Source of the DNA: Saccharolobus islandicus REY15A
Lineage (GTDB): Archaea > Thermoproteota > Thermoprotei_A > Sulfolobales > Sulfolobaceae
Reading direction: 5' to 3' (one strand)
NCBI RefSeq assembly: GCF_000189555.1
Contig: NC_017276.1
Length of the DNA stretch: 64,000 bases
Shown: in pieces, positions 19,952 through 30,749 of the stretch
Layout of the letters: every line of letters starts with the position of its first letter
Numbering within the stretch: position 1 is the stretch's first letter
Translations under genes and position numbers: made by a program
The notes under the pieces: model-generated
Told to the model about the DNA's origin: nothing
The model's input: only the letters and a program-made list of their open reading frames with translations
Databases searched by the model: none

Positions 19952-22009
19952 ATGAAGTCTCGTAAGGCATTTAAGGGCTTAAGTAGAACCTTTATAGCAA
20001 TAATTGTTGTTGTAATTGTTGTAATTGGAATAGCTGTTGGAGTATTATTAGGTAATCACCCATCTAGTAATAATATAAGCACTACTACAACTTCTTCTAG
20101 TATTACCTCTACAACTACCCTATCATCAACATCTTCCTCAACATCTCCTCCTAATAGCGTTTCAATACCTTCTAGTATTACCGTGGAAGAAGCTGCAACA
20201 CCAGTAAGTGTAGATCCGGCAAGTAGCTATGATATAGCAGGTGGGGAAATTATTCAGAATGTTTATCAAACTTTAGTATTTTATAATGGGACTAATACAT
20301 CTTCCTTTATTGGAGTTTTGGCAGAAAATTGGACTGTAGAGAACAATGGTACTACTTATATCTTCCATCTATGGCCCTTTATTACTTTCAGTAATGGTAA
20401 TCCTCTTAACGCTACAGATGTATGGTTTTCAATATACAGGACGATGCTTATTAATTTAGGTATATCAATTTATACTAGTCAAGCTTTAGCTGTTAATAAT
20501 GGTCTTGGTTTTGTAGGAAAATTACCCAACGGGAAATACGGTACAATAATGCTACCTAATGGCATACTACAAGCATTAGAGTATGCTGGGTATAATTTTT
20601 CGTCAAATAAAACTATTGCGATGGAACAAGCTGCATATGATTTGGCATACATTTTATCCCATTTTAATGTAAGCAATACCACAATTCAGAAGGTAATGTC
20701 ATATCCTCATCAGGCAGTAGTAGTTATCGATCCATATACCGTAGAGTTTAATTTAGATTACCCATATTCAGCATTTCTAGCTGCTCTTTCCACAAGTACT
20801 GGGGCTATAGTAAATCCAGTTTTTGTTGATGAGAATGGCGGAGTTCAAATTGATACTTCTAATACTTATCTTTCCACTCATGCTTTAGGCTCTGGACCCT
20901 ATATTCTGGAAACTCCAATAGGAGGGTCTTACGTAGTGCTAAATGCTAGTCCTAACTATTGGGCAAGTAAAGTCCCTACAAAAGATCTAAATCCGATGTT
21001 GGAGACACCTAAGATTAAGACGATAATTATAGATTATCAAACTAACGAGGCAGTAAGAATATTAGACTTACAGCAAGAGAAGGCACAAATTTCGCAGATT
21101 GACGTGATAAACTTACAGGAGCTAATAGGTAGCTCTGGTGTGCAACAACTTCAGAATCTGGTTAATGGAAAGACGTTCCCAACAACCTATACCAGTGGTA
21201 ATGTGACAATTTATATTTGGGGGCCTTCAGCACAAATAGACTTCTTGGCAATAGATGCATATCAATACCCATTTAACATAACAGCAGTAAGATTGGCCAT
21301 ATCACATGCAATAAACCCTGTACAAATTCAACAACAAGTCTATAAGGGCTTTGCAATAAACTATGTTGGACCTTTAGATCCATCATTACCATACTATAAC
21401 TCATCAATAATAGGCTATACGTATAATCCCTCCCTTTCGATACAACTACTAGAAGAAGCAGGATTCAAATTAACACTACCTAATGGAACTACAGTAAATC
21501 CAAATGGAAAACCTTTCCCAACAATTACCTTAACATATCAAACTGGTAGTACAGCTCTACAAGATGAGGCATTACTGGTTCAACAACAGCTAGCTCAAAT
21601 AGGAATAACAGTTCAGCTAAATCCTGAATCCGCGGTAACAATAGTAGAATCGTATCTAAATCCACCCAATTCATCAGCATATCCTGCCTTCCAATTAGCC
21701 GGTAACTTCCCTCCAGTGCTGAGCCCCATAGACCCAGCAATATACTTACTGTCTCAAGCTAGATTACACCACGGAAATCCAGCTTTCGTAGATAATAGTA
21801 CGATTAATCAGTTAATCGTAGAGGCTGTAAGAACCAATAACCCCCAGCAATTACAACATATATATAATGAAATAACTTTACTAACCTTAGCACAAGCACA
21901 GTATGTATGGTTAGATGACTTTTTAGCCTATACGGTAGCATCGTCAAGTATTCATGGATTCTGGTATAGTCCCGGATTAGATGGGTTATTCTATGCTGAC
22001 TTATACTGA
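19952..22009 (+). CDS. ABC transporter substrate-binding protein (family 5, DppA/OppA type)
   Basis: Class III (prepilin-like) signal KG|LS plus hydrophobic helix, S/T-rich linker, FSNGNPLNATDVWFS, GSGPY. Confidence 0.92.
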   Translation: MKSRKAFKGLSRTFIAIIVVVIVVIGIAVGVLLGNHPSSNNISTTTTSSSITSTTTLSSTSSSTSPPNSVSIPSSITVEEAATPVSVDPASSYDIAGGEIIQNVYQTLVFYNGTNTSSFIGVLAENWTVENNGTTYIFHLWPFITFSNGNPLNATDVWFSIYRTMLINLGISIYTSQALAVNNGLGFVGKLPNGKYGTIMLPNGILQALEYAGYNFSSNKTIAMEQAAYDLAYILSHFNVSNTTIQKVMSYPHQAVVVIDPYTVEFNLDYPYSAFLAALSTSTGAIVNPVFVDENGGVQIDTSNTYLSTHALGSGPYILETPIGGSYVVLNASPNYWASKVPTKDLNPMLETPKIKTIIIDYQTNEAVRILDLQQEKAQISQIDVINLQELIGSSGVQQLQNLVNGKTFPTTYTSGNVTIYIWGPSAQIDFLAIDAYQYPFNITAVRLAISHAINPVQIQQQVYKGFAINYVGPLDPSLPYYNSSIIGYTYNPSLSIQLLEEAGFKLTLPNGTTVNPNGKPFPTITLTYQTGSTALQDEALLVQQQLAQIGITVQLNPESAVTIVESYLNPPNSSAYPAFQLAGNFPPVLSPIDPAIYLLSQARLHHGNPAFVDNSTINQLIVEAVRTNNPQQLQHIYNEITLLTLAQAQYVWLDDFLAYTVASSSIHGFWYSPGLDGLFYADLY

Positions 22010-22035
22010 AAAGATAGTGGGGTGTAAATTTCAAT

Positions 22036-23097
22036 ATGATTTTTTATAAATTCTTGATTAAGAGAGCTATTGAGGCTTTCTTAGTAATAATGGCTGAACT
22101 TATTATAGTTTTTTATTTAGCCAATATCGCAGCTCCTAATCCAGCATCAGTTTGGGCGGGCCCAGAAGCCTCACCAGAACAAATCCAAATCGTAACTGAG
22201 CTTTATCATTTAAATCAACCTTGGTATATCCAGCTTTACTATTATTTAGGCAATTTCTTTACTGGAAAATGGGGAATATCACCATTATATCAAACCCCAG
22301 TTATATCATTGATAGAGGAATACTTACCAGTTACAATAGAATTAGCAATTATCGCCTTAATCCTAAAGATAATTCTCGAAATATCACTAGGAATCTTATC
22401 CGCTTTGAAACCCAATGGTCTATTAGATAACTCAATAAGAGTAGTATATACTATAACAAGAAGTGCACCCCCATTTATAGTAGCATTATTATTACTCCTA
22501 ATCCTTTCCTATTACTTTCACGTATTCCCTTCTTCATATTATATGAATCCAATCCTAGCCTTACATGAGAGCAAGTTTTACATTCAAATAGGAGGGCATA
22601 AATATTATTTCTGGTTCATAGATAACATGCCAATTTTGAATTCATTACTTGTGGGTGATATTCCGGCTTTCGTATCTGCTTTAGATCATTCCATATTACC
22701 AGCTTTAGCCCTCACACTATTCGGCTTTGGAGGAATAGTTAGGCTCACTAGAAACTCAATGCTTGAAGTCTTAAATACGGACTATATAAAGACTGCTAGA
22801 GCTAAAGGTCTAAAAGAGAGAATAGTAATAACGAGGCATGCGTTAAGGAATGCGCTACTATCCTCTATAACGCTTATAAGTGTAATTTTTGCTGGTCTAA
22901 TGCAGGGAAGCTTAGTAGTGGAGACCATTTTCAACTACTACGGAATTGGTTATTTAGTAGCTGAAAGCTTACTAAACTTAGATACACCAACGTTAATAGC
23001 AGCTACAGTTGTGATAACAATTGTAGTTGTAATATCGAATCTCGTCGCAGACATTTCCTATGCATTATTAGATCCTAGGATAAGGGAAGCACTATGA
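22036..23097 (+). CDS. ABC transporter permease (DppB-like)
   Basis: EAA loop DYIKTARAKGL; ETIFNYYGIG. Confidence 0.92.
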   Translation: MIFYKFLIKRAIEAFLVIMAELIIVFYLANIAAPNPASVWAGPEASPEQIQIVTELYHLNQPWYIQLYYYLGNFFTGKWGISPLYQTPVISLIEEYLPVTIELAIIALILKIILEISLGILSALKPNGLLDNSIRVVYTITRSAPPFIVALLLLLILSYYFHVFPSSYYMNPILALHESKFYIQIGGHKYYFWFIDNMPILNSLLVGDIPAFVSALDHSILPALALTLFGFGGIVRLTRNSMLEVLNTDYIKTARAKGLKERIVITRHALRNALLSSITLISVIFAGLMQGSLVVETIFNYYGIGYLVAESLLNLDTPTLIAATVVITIVVVISNLVADISYALLDPRIREAL

Positions 23098-23957
23098 ACC
23101 TAAAGGATATAACCAAAAATATGAACCTAACCGTAGGACTGATTATTATTCTCTCCTTCTTAATCCTAACAATAATTTCTACAGCTGATTTACACATATT
23201 AACACCCTATAATCCAAATCAACTCAATTTCAGCCAAGCTAACTTACCTCCCTCTTCCAATCACGTCTTCGGTACGGACCAAGAAGGTAGAGATGTTTTT
23301 ACTAGATCTTTGACGGCTTTACGTATAGACTTCTCAATACCTTTCCTAATCGTAGGTATCTCGATGCTCATAGGTACAATCATAGGGATTTTAAGCGGAT
23401 ACTTCGGTGGACTATTGGATGAGGCTCTAATGAGAATTACAGATATATTCTTAGCATTTCCAGGAATATTATTAGCCTTGGCCATAAGTGAGATCTTAGG
23501 GAGTACCCATCTATCACTAAGACTTTACTTAAGTGCGTTGGCCTTGGCTATTGTAAATTGGCCGATTTACGCTAGGTTAGTAAGAGCACAAATCTTGCAA
23601 GTAAAGAACATGCAATATATAACCTTAGCTAAGGTAGCTGGGCTAAATAATTTTCAGATAATAAAAAAGCATATAATCCCACACCTAGTCTCTCTATTAT
23701 TAGTCTATACTACGTTGGATATGGGCACAATAATATTAAATTACTCCATTTTAGCGTTCTTCGGATTAGGAGCTCCACCGCCCACTCCGGAACTGGGGAG
23801 AATGGTCTATGATGGCCTCTCAGCACTTCCACAAAACTGGTGGTCATCAATATTTCCCGCAATAATCATAACGCTAATGGCCTTAGGCTACTCATTAGCA
23901 GGAGATGGGTTAAGAGATATATTAGATCCAAGATTAGGTGAAAGGACAAATGTCTAA
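23094..23957 (+). CDS. ABC transporter permease (DppC-like)
   Basis: FGTDQEGRD, MRITDIFLAFP, LAFFGLGAPPP, GDGLRDILDP. Confidence 0.92.
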   Translation: MNLKDITKNMNLTVGLIIILSFLILTIISTADLHILTPYNPNQLNFSQANLPPSSNHVFGTDQEGRDVFTRSLTALRIDFSIPFLIVGISMLIGTIIGILSGYFGGLLDEALMRITDIFLAFPGILLALAISEILGSTHLSLRLYLSALALAIVNWPIYARLVRAQILQVKNMQYITLAKVAGLNNFQIIKKHIIPHLVSLLLVYTTLDMGTIILNYSILAFFGLGAPPPTPELGRMVYDGLSALPQNWWSSIFPAIIITLMALGYSLAGDGLRDILDPRLGERTNV

Positions 23958-24969
23958 TAAATTACTATCATTGGAGAATTTGTGGATAACTTACTACAAG
24001 GGGAATAAATCTGCGTATGCAGTGAGAGGAGTGAGTTTAGAGGTCAATTACAATCAGGTCGTAGGTATCGTTGGTGAAAGCGGTTCTGGAAAATCAACCT
24101 TAGGTCACTCCATAATAGGTTTACTGCCTAATAATGCAAGGGTTGAAAAGGGTAAAATCATTTTCGAAGAGACGGATCTAGCTAAGATAAACAAAAGTGA
24201 TTTCTATAGGTTCAGAGGCAAAAGGGGGATCTTTATGATATTTCAAGACCCCATGACAAGCTTAAATCCTACAATAAAAGTTAAGGAGCAATTGGTAGAA
24301 ATAATAAAGAACGGACCCAATGAAAATAGTGTTAATACCTTAAGCCACTGGTTTATCGGTAAAGTAAATAAAAGTGAGATAGTTAGAGATGAGAAGCAAC
24401 TAATAGAATCCCTAAAGAAAGTTGGTTTCAGAAACCCTGATGAGATTCTAGATAAATATCCGCATCAGCTTTCTGGAGGGGAAAGACAGAGAATAATGAT
24501 AGCAATGGCTTATCTATTAAAACCTAAACTACTCATAGCTGATGAACCTACAACAGCCTTAGATGTAATAACTCAAGCACAAGTATTGAAAATGTTATTA
24601 GAACTAAAGGAAGAATATAAATCGTCGATTATCTTCATAAGCCATGACATTACATTAGTGAGCCAAATCAGTGATAAGGTAATTGTTATGTATGGAGGAA
24701 TTGTCATGGAGGAAGCTAGTTCCGAGGAAATGCTTAAGAACCCCCTTAATCCATATACTAAGGGACTAGTCGCATCAATACCCAATTACTTCAAAGGGGA
24801 GGGTAAAATATCTTCAATACCAGGATTTCCTCCAAATATATTTGAACTACCTCAAGGTTGTCCATTTAACCCGAGGTGTAATTTGGCAATGTCAGTTTGT
24901 AAATCTCAATTACCTAAATTGAAAAGCATAGGTGAGTCTCACAGTGTCGCATGCCACCTCTATAGTTGA
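23950..24969 (+). CDS. ABC transporter ATP-binding protein (DppD-like)
   Basis: GESGSGKS Walker A, LSGGERQR, ADEPT, C-terminal GCPFNPRC...CH. Confidence 0.93.
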   Translation: MSNKLLSLENLWITYYKGNKSAYAVRGVSLEVNYNQVVGIVGESGSGKSTLGHSIIGLLPNNARVEKGKIIFEETDLAKINKSDFYRFRGKRGIFMIFQDPMTSLNPTIKVKEQLVEIIKNGPNENSVNTLSHWFIGKVNKSEIVRDEKQLIESLKKVGFRNPDEILDKYPHQLSGGERQRIMIAMAYLLKPKLLIADEPTTALDVITQAQVLKMLLELKEEYKSSIIFISHDITLVSQISDKVIVMYGGIVMEEASSEEMLKNPLNPYTKGLVASIPNYFKGEGKISSIPGFPPNIFELPQGCPFNPRCNLAMSVCKSQLPKLKSIGESHSVACHLYS

Positions 24970-25882
24970 AATAGAAAACCTAAGAGTCAGTTATAAGGTA
25001 AGAGAAGGGAAGAAGATTGCAATAGATAACGTAACATTGAGTATTACTAAAGGAGAGACTCTAGCAGTATTAGGTGAGTCCGGAAGTGGGAAAACCACAC
25101 TAGGATTAGCCATACTTAAATTAGTTAAAGTTGATGAGGGAAAGATTTACTTTAAGGGAAATGACATAACCAACTTAAAGGAAAAGGAAATGAGGGAAAT
25201 AAGGAAGCTAATGCAATTGGTACCCCAGGATCCTTACTCTAGCATGAACCCAAAATTGAGAATAAAGGATATAGTTGGGGAACCCTTACTGGCTAATCCG
25301 GATCATGTAATAGATAAAATCCGCAATAGTCTAGAACAAGTAGGATTAGATCCATCAATTACGGAGAGATATCCACATGAGTTATCTGGAGGACAAAGAC
25401 AAAGAGTACTAATAGCTAGGGCGTTAATTAGCAATCCAGAATTTATAGTATTAGATGAACCGACGTCCAACTTAGATGTATCAATACAAGCACAAATCTT
25501 AAACCTATTACTAGATTTACAAATACAGAAAAATCTAACTTATCTATTTATCACACACAACATATCCGTAGCTAAATATATGGCTGATAGAATAGCAATA
25601 CTATATCACGGAAAATTAGTTGAAATAGGGAAAAGCAAAAACGTGATTATGAAACCACTCCACCCATACACCACAAAGCTTATTGAAGCAGTACCATCAA
25701 ACGGATATAGAGCCAAAATAAGGGAATTTGAAATCTCAGAGATAGATGATTCGAAGAATCAATCAAAAGGGTGTAGTTACTTTTCCAGATGTCCATTTGC
25801 GAAAGACATATGTAAAGTAAAAGAGCCACAGTTAATAACTATTGATAACGACCATATGGTAGCTTGTCATTTATACACTTGA
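24932..25882 (+). CDS. ABC transporter ATP-binding protein (DppF-like)
   Basis: GESGSGKT, LSGGQRQR, LDEPT, GCSYFSRC...ACHL. Confidence 0.93.
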   Translation: MSLTVSHATSIVEIENLRVSYKVREGKKIAIDNVTLSITKGETLAVLGESGSGKTTLGLAILKLVKVDEGKIYFKGNDITNLKEKEMREIRKLMQLVPQDPYSSMNPKLRIKDIVGEPLLANPDHVIDKIRNSLEQVGLDPSITERYPHELSGGQRQRVLIARALISNPEFIVLDEPTSNLDVSIQAQILNLLLDLQIQKNLTYLFITHNISVAKYMADRIAILYHGKLVEIGKSKNVIMKPLHPYTTKLIEAVPSNGYRAKIREFEISEIDDSKNQSKGCSYFSRCPFAKDICKVKEPQLITIDNDHMVACHLYT

Positions 25883-25981
25883 CTAGTGTTCAAAGACGTA
25901 GAAGGGGAATATTAGGGTTATCTCGTTATAACGTTCTCGTCGTACTTGTACCAATCTCTAGTGTACTTACTCTTTCCCATG
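25882..25981 (-). pseudogene. Short 5' remnant of an IS5-family (ISC1058-like) transposase
   Basis: Minus strand reads MGKSKYTRDWYKYDENVITR, then a frameshift into TLIFPFYVFEH and a stop; resembles Sulfolobus IS5 transposase N-termini (from memory). Confidence 0.6.
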
Positions 25982-26541
25982 GGTAATACTTAACGGAATA
26001 ATCTATAAACTTTTTGTACAATTCTGAAGCAACCCGCAAAGCACTTGCAGTCATCTTATTCGATATCTAGGAGTATGGCATACCATCAAAACCTAATCTT
26101 TAGGAAAAATATATTGATAAAGTTGGTAATTCCTAAAAAGAAAAAGAATGTCCTAGAGTCTTTTTCATAATAGTTGTAATCCACCCTCTCACATAAGGTT
26201 TGCTAATGATCTTAACACTAGTTTAATCAAATGGTAACATTGCACTCAATAAGAAAAGAGTACTATAATTGCTATTCTTACAACTATGGGGATTAATTTT
26301 ATTCAACGTTGGGACTGCAAAGATAGAATTAATATTTAGGACAAAGATACACAAGTAAATTCAATAAGTTTCTAGCTTTCTGATGATGGCGATTTTGAGC
26401 AGAAAAGGCTTAATAATTTAGTGAAAATACTAACGGAACAACGTTAAGGATATTATGAAATCAGTATTTGAATCTGGAGAAAATAATATTACTCCCCACC
26501 CTCTCATCAATATTTATTAATTTCTTTCTCTGTATAAATCT

Positions 26542-27696
26542 ATGTCATCCCCATTTCACTATTCACAATTCACCAAGTTTACTATCTTTAGTGTATTTGC
26601 AGGATTCTCTTTTATACAAAACGAGTTAACCACTTATTGGCTTTTCATTCTCCTATTCCGTCAAGAGATAACATTGTTTGGATTAGGAGTAATAGCTAGA
26701 CCTTTAGTGAGAGTTTTCGTCTCTTACTTCATGGGTTATATATCTGATAAATACAATAGGGCTAAACTATTTTACATAACTAGGGGTGTGGCTGCCGTAT
26801 TACTCTTACCCTTAACCTTAGCCTTTATTTACCATTCTATACCTTGGATATTTGGAGTTTACTACATTAGGACAATAATTGTTGAATTGTCAAATAACGT
26901 TGGTTACGTTGCTTATTATGCTGTAGTTCCAGAACAAGTTAGGGCTAAGGCAATATTTTATATAAGGATATTCTCAATGGTTTCAAGAGTGGTGTCTGGT
27001 GCTATTTGGTTTTTAATATATCAATCAATTGGTGCTTATGACTTGTTACTAACTGCCATATTAGGCCTTATTGGATTGGCAATGCTAAAGGGGTTTAACA
27101 TAGGTGGTGGTAGCGAGAGGGTTAAATTAACTACTGGAATAGATTTCTTCAGAAAGGATGAGAGGATTAGGGGCATAATATTGTTATATTCTGTAACTGA
27201 CGGACTAACTTATTCTATAAATTACTTGTTACCTTTATTAATTCTAGTATATCACGGTACTGAGGAAATATATAGTCTATCACAAACTGTACTGTACGGC
27301 GTATTAGTCATTGCTAGCTTTATAATGACTAAGATGAAAGACCCAGTTAAAATAGCAGTTACTTACATACTGAGTGGTTTCTTGTTTTACATGGTATTAG
27401 TATATCCTTCACCATACGTTTTGCTAATTTCATTATTGCTTTACGGATTTGGGAGTGGCTTTATCGAGAATTACGTAATGGCTACAATAAAGCAAAGCGT
27501 TGGTGATGAGTTTTTGGGAAGTGTATTAGGATTGGACGTCTTAGTTACAAGCTCACTTGAGATACTCATTATACTCTTAGCCCAATACTTGATAACCATT
27601 AACGTAATATACTACATCATTTTAGGCATTGCGGGAATGGTATTTGTCTTAGTTTCGTGGTTATTACATCCTAAGCTTAGGGAGGTAAAGTTATAA
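26542..27696 (+). CDS. MFS transporter
   Basis: GYISDKYNR motif A; about 12 TMs. Confidence 0.85.
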   Translation: MSSPFHYSQFTKFTIFSVFAGFSFIQNELTTYWLFILLFRQEITLFGLGVIARPLVRVFVSYFMGYISDKYNRAKLFYITRGVAAVLLLPLTLAFIYHSIPWIFGVYYIRTIIVELSNNVGYVAYYAVVPEQVRAKAIFYIRIFSMVSRVVSGAIWFLIYQSIGAYDLLLTAILGLIGLAMLKGFNIGGGSERVKLTTGIDFFRKDERIRGIILLYSVTDGLTYSINYLLPLLILVYHGTEEIYSLSQTVLYGVLVIASFIMTKMKDPVKIAVTYILSGFLFYMVLVYPSPYVLLISLLLYGFGSGFIENYVMATIKQSVGDEFLGSVLGLDVLVTSSLEILIILLAQYLITINVIYYIILGIAGMVFVLVSWLLHPKLREVKL

Positions 27697-27737
27697 TAAG
27701 CAGAATCCCTTTTTAGCTTTTCACGCGAATTAATTCA

Positions 27738-28220
27738 TTGATGATACTTTCTCACCAGTCAATTAAAAAGCTGTTAGGCAAAGTGATAATGAATTACGTT
27801 GAGGAGAACGTAAGGGAGAACGGCTACGATTTAAGAATATGTGGTGAAAAGTACTACGAAGTTGAAGAGGGTGCTAAATTACCAAGTATAAAGGCTAAAA
27901 TTAGGGAAATACCTTTTAAAGAGGTTGCTAATCTATCACCCCTTAATACTTACTTATTCGAGTCATGTGAGGAGTTTAACATGCCAGATAACTTAGCGGT
28001 GTTGATAACCTTAAAAAGTACTATGGCTAGGAACGGTTTTCTAGCTCCTCCTACTGTTATTGATGCTGGGTACAAGGGAAAGATTTACTTAGCTATAACT
28101 TCCGTCTATGGTTCTTCATTAGCTAAGGAAATCAGTACTCATCATTTAATATTTTTAGAATTAGATCAGAAAACTGAAAAAGTTTATAGTGGCAAATATC
28201 AAGGAGGTATACCAATCTAG
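27738..28220 (+). CDS. dcd: dCTP deaminase family protein
   Basis: [28 protein letters not shown]. Confidence 0.8.
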   Translation: MMILSHQSIKKLLGKVIMNYVEENVRENGYDLRICGEKYYEVEEGAKLPSIKAKIREIPFKEVANLSPLNTYLFESCEEFNMPDNLAVLITLKSTMARNGFLAPPTVIDAGYKGKIYLAITSVYGSSLAKEISTHHLIFLELDQKTEKVYSGKYQGGIPI

Positions 28221-28774
28221 CTGAGAACGGAAGAGTATAATAAAATTCTTTGCTGATAAACCGGAAAATATTTTTCTGGAACTTTAAAATATTCATTTGA
28301 AAATATACAGAACTCGCTAAGGGGGCCCATAGCTAATTGCTTTCTCCATAAATTTTGTGAAAAAGGTTTAATCTCAGTATAGAAGTCTTCATACCTCATA
28401 CCAACTGGTTTGGATATCCAATAACCAAATCTATAAGATGGGGATAATTGCTCTCCGTTTAGGAGCTTATATAATCCACCCTTACCGTTTCTAGCAATCC
28501 TTGCTATAGAATCATGAACTGCTTTTATATCATTTGATTCCAATATTATATTATTAAGTAAATCCAATGTCTTTGAGGTTTCTATGAAATACCAGTCTTC
28601 ATAAACTTCTCCTTCAATCCAAGGTACATGATCTACCTTTACTACAAGGGATCCTAAATAGCCCTCAATCTTGGCTTTTTTATTAAAGTAGTCATGAAAG
28701 TTCAACAGCGAACTTTCATATTCATTAGCTGGAAAATCTCTAGCTCTTTGATGCCAAAAGACATATGCTAACAT
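28217..28774 (-). CDS. Conserved hypothetical protein
   Basis: 185 aa open frame with typical composition; MLAYVFWH start, YEDWY and WRKQLAMGP motifs. Confidence 0.7.
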   Translation of the reverse strand: MLAYVFWHQRARDFPANEYESSLLNFHDYFNKKAKIEGYLGSLVVKVDHVPWIEGEVYEDWYFIETSKTLDLLNNIILESNDIKAVHDSIARIARNGKGGLYKLLNGEQLSPSYRFGYWISKPVGMRYEDFYTEIKPFSQNLWRKQLAMGPLSEFCIFSNEYFKVPEKYFPVYQQRILLYSSVLS

Positions 28775-28839
28775 TTCTCTTACGAAAATGGGTATATGTA
28801 ATTAAAAAATCTAACGTTTTCATTATTGTGTAGGGAAAA

Positions 28840-29157
28840 GATGGGATCAACCCCGTTTCTGAGGAGACTCCTACGGAGAACTCACGCAAAACTAGAGAAC
28901 GAGTAAAAACAAGTATTACAAGAGAAAAACAAAATAAGCCCAAGGAGGCTGAGGGGATAAAACCCGTGTAGGAGGTTCTAACCAAATTACCCTAGGGCCG
29001 AAACACTTAACACTATGCAAAGAAAACAAGGTATTATGATAACAAAGAATATATAGAGACACATGATTGACACCCGTAAATTCTCGATTCCCTTAGGTCT
29101 GTTAGCTTCCGGTATAAAAACCTTTCCATCAAAAATCGAGCATAGTCCACACTACTT
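28840..29157 (+). mobile_element. Degenerate right-end remnant, probably of an IS607-type (tnpB) element
   Basis: 29108-29157 matches 36277-36326 (right end of the IS607 element) at 42/50 nt by manual alignment; upstream sequence is a broken frame. Left boundary approximate. Confidence 0.45.
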
Positions 29158-29178
29158 ACGCAAGCGATGAAACCTGCT

Positions 29179-30098
29179 TTACTCACTAGCATCAAAGGGC
29201 CTATTATAATACAGCACAGCCCAAGTAATAACAGCCAATTTCCTTACACAAGCAGTAATCAACTTCCTACCCCTAAGCCTACCCTTATGCTCCTCATAAA
29301 AACGCTTGATAACAGGATTAACCTTGATGGCAGTAAAAGCTGCAAGATAGGAAGCCCTCCTCAAAACAGCATCACCCCTCTTAGAAATACCTCTCGATAC
29401 AACACTCTTACCACTAGACTCAACAACAAGACCACAATAAGCAACAAACCTCTTCTTATCACTAAAGCGCCTAACATCACCAACCCTAGCCAAGATAATA
29501 CAACCCAAGGTTTTACCAATACCCGGAATAGTGAAAATCAAACTATCCTTGGGGACTAGCTCTCTAAGCCTATCCTCAATCTTCCTACCCTCAAGCCTCT
29601 CCAACTCCTCCAAAAGAAACCTCAGACAACACTATACTATCCCCACCCCTCAAAACCTCCTCCAAATTCTTCCTAGACAGACTATCCCTATAGCCTAAAA
29701 GTACCAAATCCCTCCTCAACCTTAACCCTAACAATACTCCTAGTAACAAAATCCCACTGGCTAGTCAACTCCCTAGCATCACTTGTTGTAAACTCACTAC
29801 CCATACTTACAACTATTTCTGCTAGCATCATTCTTATCACTCTTCTTACCCCTAAAACCCTTGAACTTCTTGAGTATAAAGGGATTAATAATCCTAACAT
29901 CATACTCACCCATCAAGTACTTAGCGAGGTTAATGTGGTAAACTCCAGTACTTTCAATACCCACTTTGCAACCCTTAGGCAAGATCTTCCTTATCTCCTC
30001 ATAACCTCGCTTGTCATTAGTAAACTCGTAGTACTTGCCTTGAAAATACATAATTAATTTATCTTTTGATCATCTATTCCCGCAACTGGGGCCTCCAA
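29179..30098 (-). pseudogene. IS110 family transposase (ISC1190/ISC1229-like), multiply frameshifted
   Basis: TTG start MEAPVAGID with a 1-nt loss right after; GIESTGVYH; KSDKND; IPGIGKTL; ESSGKS; ACVRKLAV, spread over several frames. Confidence 0.88.
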
Positions 30099-30202
30099 AT
30101 TTACCCTTATTCGGGCTTTAAGCCCAACTTCCGGTTCGAATTGGAGGCAGGCCAAGCTAACAGCCGAGCTTTGAGCCCAAGGGAGTCAACGGCCTACACC
30201 CC

Positions 30203-30231
30203 AGTCAGATCTGTATTACTCAGATCTGACT
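30203..30231. other. Perfect hairpin in the non-coding leader of the IS110 element
   Basis: AGTCAGATCTG-TATTACT-CAGATCTGACT: 11-bp stem, 7-nt loop. Confidence 0.85.
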
Positions 30232-30593
30232 AATATGTTTTATATAAGAGGCGAAGCATGTGGTGCCTCTCAAGAGGTCAACGAGTAAAGAAGACTTCCG
30301 CTTGCTATTAATTATCCCGTTTTTACATGATAATATTGCCACAATATAAGAATATTCAGTTAAACTATTTTATTTACTTTTTGACTTTTTGGAATTATTT
30401 TCGGGTGACGAATTTGAAGTCTACGATTTGTATTTAAATCTTTTTCTTTAAGTTAGCACATATTAACATTTAAAAATATTAAAAAATGATTACTGATATT
30501 CCTCATGAAATATAAACATTATATAAGACTTACAATCATATACTAAAAAGTGTTAAGAGTAAAAAAAAAGCTAATTATCTATATAGAATAATA

Positions 30594-30600
30594 GAGGGAG
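30594..30600 (+). promoter_or_regulatory. Shine-Dalgarno-like site for the small Cys-rich ORF
   Basis: GAGGGAG 5 nt before ATG 30606; an A-run and TTATCTATATA (30575-30585) upstream could be BRE/TATA. Confidence 0.6.
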
Positions 30601-30605
30601 TAAAA

Positions 30606-30728
30606 ATGCAAAATGTCCCAATAGGCTTAGTTTTCCCAAAGTGGGTAGAACTTGGAAAGCTAAACGAGGGTGAGTTTCGCAGGAAAATTGCAGTATGTAT
30701 AAATGGTAATTGTGGGTGTGGAACTTAA
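30606..30728 (+). CDS. Putative RiPP precursor peptide, 40 aa (missed by the ORF track)
   Basis: MQNVPIGLVFPKWVELGKLNEGEFRRKIAVCINGNCGCGT*. All three Cys lie in the last 10 residues; RBS present; 21 nt upstream of the radical SAM gene on the same strand. Confidence 0.8.
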   Translation: MQNVPIGLVFPKWVELGKLNEGEFRRKIAVCINGNCGCGT

Positions 30729-30749
30729 TAAGATGATTAATGGAGGTGA

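Noticed and set aside
26040-26480. Possible second small-peptide locus upstream of the MFS at 26542
   Set aside because: No convincing ORF with RBS or Cys pattern and no modifying enzyme nearby; looks like degraded sequence.
29167-29909. ORFs 29167..29559 (+) and 29688..29909 (-) as independent genes
   Set aside because: Antisense shadow and out-of-frame piece of the broken IS110 transposase.
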